In this document: positions 26,084 to 30,794 of the stretch, in pieces | How the letters are laid out: the number at the start of each line of letters is the position of its first letter | Numbering within the stretch: the stretch's first letter is position 1 | IMG/VR virus record: IMGVR_UViG_3300030392_001359 | Coordinates: 1-30,794 of that record | Origin: a virus | Lineage: Duplodnaviria; Caudoviricetes | Direction: 5' to 3' (one strand) | Length of the DNA: 30,794 bases | Program-made: the position numbers and the translations under genes | Notes under the pieces: generated by a model | Told to the model about the DNA's origin: nothing | Seen by the model: only the letters and a program-made list of their open reading frames with translations | Databases searched by the model: none

Positions 26084-27204
26084 TACGGGGAGAGCTTCCT
26101 CAGTAAGTCTTGCCAGAACTGGTCGTCTAGTGCTTTAGTCTGGCCCCAGTTGGGATGTGGACGGTTTCGACCCCGCTGGCGGCCCGGCGCGACCCTCCAG
26201 TCTACGGGGACATCCGCGAGTGCATCGACCATCAATTCTTCTTCATTCATTAGCGTTGACCGATGATGTCCCCGCACATTTTCGATTGGCACGTCGCCGT
26301 ATAGAACAGTGCCAGGTCCGTATTTGTAGGTTTCGTCCCCTGCAAATTTCCGGGCCATATTCGGGCTCAGTGAGAATGACTGCACCATTGGAGAATCTCG
26401 GGTAAGACCCGATTCACCACTCCTCAAGCGCCGCATATGTTCAAAGACATCCCCAAGTTCCTCGTGCCCAAGACCGCGATACAGAGGGACACGACCGCTG
26501 GGATAGACGTTGCGAAGCTCGCGCTGCAACCGAGCCAGATAGTGTTTCCCAAATTCGGTATTCGTCACAAGATCGTTAAGTTCTTCACGTACTGCTGGAG
26601 TGGGGGAACCCGACCATTTTTTCATTACCTCCTGCATTCGTCGGTGTGCCTTCTCCCAGGCATCCGTCCCCCCGATCACCCGCTGCTCGGGAAGCCTTAT
26701 TTGTGCAACTGGCGACCCCCCGGCAAACGTCGCCGGATCGGCACCGTAGAAGGGGGGTGCTTCTTGCAAGAAGGGATCGTCTACCATTCGCCGCAGGTAA
26801 CGCCAGTCATCAAGCGTAAGACTCTCCGCTGCTCTGGTGTCCCTATCGAGCAGAGGCGTGTATTCCAACTCGTACCACGGGCTGGGGGGCCGAGCACCGG
26901 GCTGAGAATACCGTTTCAGTCCTGGGGTCAGATTGCCAGATAAGAGGGGCCGCAGCGAGCGCCGAGCCGCGCTCGCAGCCGTGAGAGGAGCCATCATGGT
27001 CTCGACACCAGTCTGGAGCCGCTGCTCTGGTGTCTCACCGACTACGGCATCATATAGAGTATTGATTCCCCGCCGCGCCCGGTCGGGGAGTTGCTCAAAG
27101 AACCCAGGCTCCTCAGAGATGGTGGGTTGCCAGTCGGGAGGACGCTCCGGGTGGGGTAAAAGCGGCTCAAGTAGGCGAGGATGGACCCCGAATTGCGTAG
27201 GCAT
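26083..27204 (-). CDS. Protein with C-terminal R-S-E class ADP-ribosyltransferase domain
   Basis: VPLYRGL, QSFSLSPNMARKFA and NEEELMV appear in canonical order; TAATG overlaps at both gene ends. Confidence 0.75.
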   Translation of the reverse strand: MPTQFGVHPRLLEPLLPHPERPPDWQPTISEEPGFFEQLPDRARRGINTLYDAVVGETPEQRLQTGVETMMAPLTAASAARRSLRPLLSGNLTPGLKRYSQPGARPPSPWYELEYTPLLDRDTRAAESLTLDDWRYLRRMVDDPFLQEAPPFYGADPATFAGGSPVAQIRLPEQRVIGGTDAWEKAHRRMQEVMKKWSGSPTPAVREELNDLVTNTEFGKHYLARLQRELRNVYPSGRVPLYRGLGHEELGDVFEHMRRLRSGESGLTRDSPMVQSFSLSPNMARKFAGDETYKYGPGTVLYGDVPIENVRGHHRSTLMNEEELMVDALADVPVDWRVAPGRQRGRNRPHPNWGQTKALDDQFWQDLLRKLSP

Positions 27205-29246
27205 TACATTCTGCGTTCCGCCCCCGGCAACACCTGATAGCCCAGGGTCATCCCTTCCAGACTCCAGCTCCCATTGGCCGCATCGTCGCTAATGCGAATC
27301 CGACACCCGACATCCTGGATATAGTCGCCGTTGGTGCCCTCCATGGGGACAATTTTCTGGACGGAGTCATACGGCACCGTGATATTGGAGTTGGTATTGG
27401 TCTCCAGACCATTCCCGTCCGCCGTAATCAACTGCAACCCCACCGGGACCAGGCTGCGACTCGCCCCGCCCCGACTCACGGCGTCATCGGAGGAATCCGC
27501 GTCCATCCATTCGATCGTCAGCGTGACGTCGCTATCTGCCTCCGCAATCAAATCCAGCCAGCGATACCGTTTGATAAAGGCCATCAACTGCTGAGGCGCA
27601 CGCACGTCCCAGGTATTGTCAGTGCCGTAAATAACCTTGGTCATCCAGCGGGAGGGGATATTGTCCCCATCAAAACTATCGCCGCTGAAGAATTGATAGG
27701 CGAAGCCACCCTTACCGGTTTGGGCTTCCCCCGTGAGCACCACCTGAGTGTCGGTCGCGGTATCGACCGTGACAGAGGCAGCCATGGGCATGTCGGGCCA
27801 GACATACCAGACACCCCAGCGATAATTCCATACCACAGCCTGATTACACTCGGCCTGCAAGCCAGACGCCGTAGGACCGGGCCAGAACCAGACAATATGG
27901 GCATTTTCCACGTCGTGGAAGGAGTGAATCTTCCCAGCCTGGGCATAGAGGAAGGTTTGCAGCGTCGTCTTGACCGGGGTGCTGATAACGGTGTCATTCT
28001 GCCCATCGAAGATGCGAATATCTCCCAGCGGCGTGAAATACGCCAGCATGACCCGGGGGGTCGTGATGGGCTGTCCCGAGGGGTCGGTATAGACCGCCCC
28101 CGCCGGGATTTTGATAATAGATCGCTGCGACATCGCCCCAATAACCGCATTGGACTTGGAGCGCACCCAATCCATCACGTTGCCGATGATTTGTCCGGTG
28201 CCGGTGATGGTCCAGATGGATCGTTCGTGGAACACCACCAACATGTCCTCGAAGTCCCCAACCATTCCAGTGATGACGTCCCCCACTGAGCTTTGGTCTG
28301 TAAAATCGAGGTAGTTATGCCCTCCCACTTGATCAGCGAGGCCGGGGTCTGAGAAAAAGACACGTCGGGGGTTGGTGTCGGTGCGTCCCCACCAGACCCG
28401 TTGCTTGTGTGGCTCACAGAAGTAGCTCCCTGATGGTGGGGCGTCTCCGTGCTCTTGCAGGAGGCGGTGTTCGAGGACATCCAGGTCCGAGGCGTTGTCG
28501 GTGTAGGTGGTGGTTGTGCGTCCGTCGATGAACGTCACGAAATAATAGTTAGCGCCAGTGCCGGTGGTGCGATACAGCTCATACCCGGTCACATCCGTGT
28601 CGCTATCAGCCGTCCAGGACAGATTCGCCTGCTCATTCTGGAGTTGAATGATATTACTGGCCACCGCGCCAGCCGATCGGGCCTCTGCCGCGTCCATACT
28701 GACCATCTTCCAGGTATAGGAGCCATTGAGCTGCCCTGTGGTGGTGTTGACGGCTGCTGTAATAGTCGGCGCACGCCCCGTGGCCCCCGCCGTAGACAAA
28801 CTCGACCCATTCCAGGCCCGGGGAGCCACCACACCGTTGGTGAAGAACAGGGTATTCCCGTCCTGGGTGAAATCCGGGATAGCCCCCACCGACCCACTGC
28901 CCAGGTCGGCAATGAACGTCCAGTTCACCCCGGCATCGGTGCTATACCAGAGTTCATACTCGCTTGCCGCCTCGAAAACCCCAATCAACTGGCGGGTAAA
29001 GGAGGCTCCAGTTTGTCGATAGGCCCGCAGCGTGCGAAGACGGGTCGCGGCACCCCCCGTGTTGGTGGTCACTGCCGAGGAGTTCTGCTTGGCATAGCCC
29101 AGAATCTTCTTGGCCCGGCCCAGCTTGTCAATCCAGAGGTTCCGGGAGCCCGACGAAGAATAGATGGCCGGGAGGGCTACGGAGTGAATCCCCTCCTGGG
29201 TGCCTAGAAAGACCGAGAAGACCTGGGTGAGAATAGGGTAAGCCAT
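27204..29246 (-). CDS. Tail nozzle / head-stabilisation protein (P22 gp10 or T7 gp12-like) with FN3-like insert
   Basis: About 680 aa, beta-rich; RVFFSDPG, LVVFHERSIWTITG and VWNYRWGVW; FN3-like LSWTA...GYELYR...YTD. ATG 29246 overlaps the upstream TGA. Confidence 0.7.
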   Translation of the reverse strand: MAYPILTQVFSVFLGTQEGIHSVALPAIYSSSGSRNLWIDKLGRAKKILGYAKQNSSAVTTNTGGAATRLRTLRAYRQTGASFTRQLIGVFEAASEYELWYSTDAGVNWTFIADLGSGSVGAIPDFTQDGNTLFFTNGVVAPRAWNGSSLSTAGATGRAPTITAAVNTTTGQLNGSYTWKMVSMDAAEARSAGAVASNIIQLQNEQANLSWTADSDTDVTGYELYRTTGTGANYYFVTFIDGRTTTTYTDNASDLDVLEHRLLQEHGDAPPSGSYFCEPHKQRVWWGRTDTNPRRVFFSDPGLADQVGGHNYLDFTDQSSVGDVITGMVGDFEDMLVVFHERSIWTITGTGQIIGNVMDWVRSKSNAVIGAMSQRSIIKIPAGAVYTDPSGQPITTPRVMLAYFTPLGDIRIFDGQNDTVISTPVKTTLQTFLYAQAGKIHSFHDVENAHIVWFWPGPTASGLQAECNQAVVWNYRWGVWYVWPDMPMAASVTVDTATDTQVVLTGEAQTGKGGFAYQFFSGDSFDGDNIPSRWMTKVIYGTDNTWDVRAPQQLMAFIKRYRWLDLIAEADSDVTLTIEWMDADSSDDAVSRGGASRSLVPVGLQLITADGNGLETNTNSNITVPYDSVQKIVPMEGTNGDYIQDVGCRIRISDDAANGSWSLEGMTLGYQVLPGAERRM

Positions 29247-30715
29247 CAGAGTAGCGCCCCAACACACAATATACCAGTGGAGATATCACGCCGGAGGGTT
29301 GCGCCGGCATCTACAACGCAGTCAATATAGCCCTGCGAATCGTGGATGCGACCCTTCCAGGCCCGGTCAAAGCGTAAATCGACCTCGGTAATACTCGGCG
29401 TCTCGGGATAGACAGCCATTACACACGCTCCATCGCTGCGGATGGCATGTTCAGCGCGGCAATGCGTGGGGGCCGGGATCACCCGACGTGTTCGATGCGT
29501 ATGCCCTCCATGGAACAATTCATCGTACGCCATGATGTCCGGGGGGAGGTCGCTGATGAGTCTGGGTGCCAGGCTGAACGCAGGGGCATCGCGGAAGCGC
29601 CCCTCCAGGCAAACACCATGGGAACACATGAAGGTTGGCACCTGACGGCTCAGGGCCGTGACGGCCAGGTAGAACGCATAGCGCCAGGGCTGTGCGGTCC
29701 ACTGGTCAGCGTGGCGCATGCTGGACACCCGCGTGTGTGTACCCCACTGCATCCCCGGCGGTTCACCACTCCACCCCAACCGTCGCGGGGCGCGTTTATA
29801 GCCTGTCGAGAAGGCATGACGGGTCTGGTCGCCCCAGTTGTTGTCGCGGCTGGCATGGACGAGGTAGATTGACTGCCAGTCCGGGGTCCATTCTTCCAGC
29901 TCCTGTTCCTCTTCCGAGGCACCAGCCCCCGCAGCGGCACTGAGAGCATGGAGGACATGGGGATTCCGGGTGCGGCAGATATTGACCCACCGAGCTACCA
30001 CATCGGGGTCGTCCTCGCCGGTATGTTTAGCTTCGTTGAGCCCTTCAATCAAGGCATACCAGTTCGGATGGAGACTGACGACGTCTCCCAGCCAATGCCA
30101 CGCCTCTTCCATCTCATGCCGTGAGACTTTTTCAGCCGACCCCAGGGCGAGATGCCACTTCAGGCCATAGTCTTCGGCTCCAATACGGAGACATTCCGCG
30201 ATTAGCGTTCGATGTCCATAGTCAGAAGGATTGAGTCGTCGATCGCCCCAGTAGGAGTGGGGTTGATTCGACCAGCGAATACTCCACCACGACCGCAAGC
30301 CGCTGTAGCCTGCTTCTTGCATGTCATGGAAGGCGTGATGCACCCGCTGCTCTTTTTCGTGGTCGTTCTCCAGCCTTCCCTCAACAAACAGCATGAGAAG
30401 GTCGCCCGCATGGCACATCAACGGGATGCGCCGCCCACTGCCATCAACATAGGCCATCCCATCGCATCCAAGCTGTCCCTGTATGGGAGGGAGCGGAGGA
30501 GTATGTACCGGCGTGGGTAGCGGAGGAGGCTGTCGCCGCCGGTATTCCTCACTCCGCTCCACCCAAGCACGGAGGTCGTCGGCGGTGTAGCCGCGATCCA
30601 CCTGGAGACGGATGGTTTCTGCCAAGCCATGGTCGTCCACTGATCGATTGAGGAGGGTGGCATACACCTCCCGTGCTCGTTGAATCGCCGTCAGATAGGA
30701 TTCAGAAGTCGTCAT
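29246..30715 (-). CDS. DUF4214-like N-terminal domain + Pro linker + clan GH-A (GH5-like) glycoside hydrolase barrel
   Basis: YATLLNRSVDDHG...SEEY; PPPLPTP linker; YVDGSGR, GYSGLRSW, EGLNE (candidate acid/base) and SGEP (candidate nucleophile). Confidence 0.55.
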   Translation of the reverse strand: MTTSESYLTAIQRAREVYATLLNRSVDDHGLAETIRLQVDRGYTADDLRAWVERSEEYRRRQPPPLPTPVHTPPLPPIQGQLGCDGMAYVDGSGRRIPLMCHAGDLLMLFVEGRLENDHEKEQRVHHAFHDMQEAGYSGLRSWWSIRWSNQPHSYWGDRRLNPSDYGHRTLIAECLRIGAEDYGLKWHLALGSAEKVSRHEMEEAWHWLGDVVSLHPNWYALIEGLNEAKHTGEDDPDVVARWVNICRTRNPHVLHALSAAAGAGASEEEQELEEWTPDWQSIYLVHASRDNNWGDQTRHAFSTGYKRAPRRLGWSGEPPGMQWGTHTRVSSMRHADQWTAQPWRYAFYLAVTALSRQVPTFMCSHGVCLEGRFRDAPAFSLAPRLISDLPPDIMAYDELFHGGHTHRTRRVIPAPTHCRAEHAIRSDGACVMAVYPETPSITEVDLRFDRAWKGRIHDSQGYIDCVVDAGATLRRDISTGILCVGALL

Positions 30716-30794
30716 TGTTTGAGCTGTTGCACCATATGGGTGAGGGAGTCAATGTCCTTCCGCACCGAGTTCATCTCCGTGCCCAGATACTGCA
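30712..30794 (-). CDS. 3' end of a truncated gene (...QYLGTEMNSVRKDIDSLTHMVQQLKQ*)
   Basis: Frame is open to the window edge; ATGA overlap with the next gene; coiled-coil-like. Confidence 0.55.
   Translation of the reverse strand, partial: QYLGTEMNSVRKDIDSLTHMVQQLKQ

Larger units (their letters stand above)
1..30794. mobile_element. Tailed dsDNA phage genome segment (podovirus-like), two convergent gene arms
   Basis: Dense genes with overlapping stop/start codons; phage-type PolA, Sak4-like and Cas4-like genes on +; tail, ejection and transglycosylase genes on -; arms converge at ~11.63 kb; no host housekeeping genes. Confidence 0.93.

Overview
This window looks like a ~31 kb segment of a GC-rich tailed dsDNA bacteriophage (or prophage), probably podovirus-like. 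All calls come from motif recognition by eye; no database searches were run. The + strand arm (1-11.6 kb) holds a partial gene, a HExxH metallopeptidase-vWA gene and a Cys-rich protein. These are followed by a repeat-rich, AT-rich non-coding region that resembles an origin, an RHH regulator, an M15-like endolysin and a holin-like peptide. Next come one reversed RepA/AAA_25 helicase-wHTH gene and a recombination/replication block: Cas4-like nuclease, Sak4-like ATPase, possible SSB, and a UDG + 3'-5' exonuclease + family A polymerase fusion with atypical motifs. The - strand arm (11.6-30.8 kb) is a tightly coupled virion module: a clan GH-A-like hydrolase, a tail nozzle protein, an ADP-ribosyltransferase, a fibre-like protein and a series of putative ejection proteins, one with a lytic transglycosylase domain. 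The most striking observation is a tyrosine-recombinase-fold domain with altered catalytic residues inside the 1820-aa putative ejection protein. Together with the ART, it suggests a virion-delivered effector set that acts on the genome and host at injection. No rRNA, tRNA or CRISPR array was seen. No terminase, portal, capsid or primase gene is recognisable in the window.
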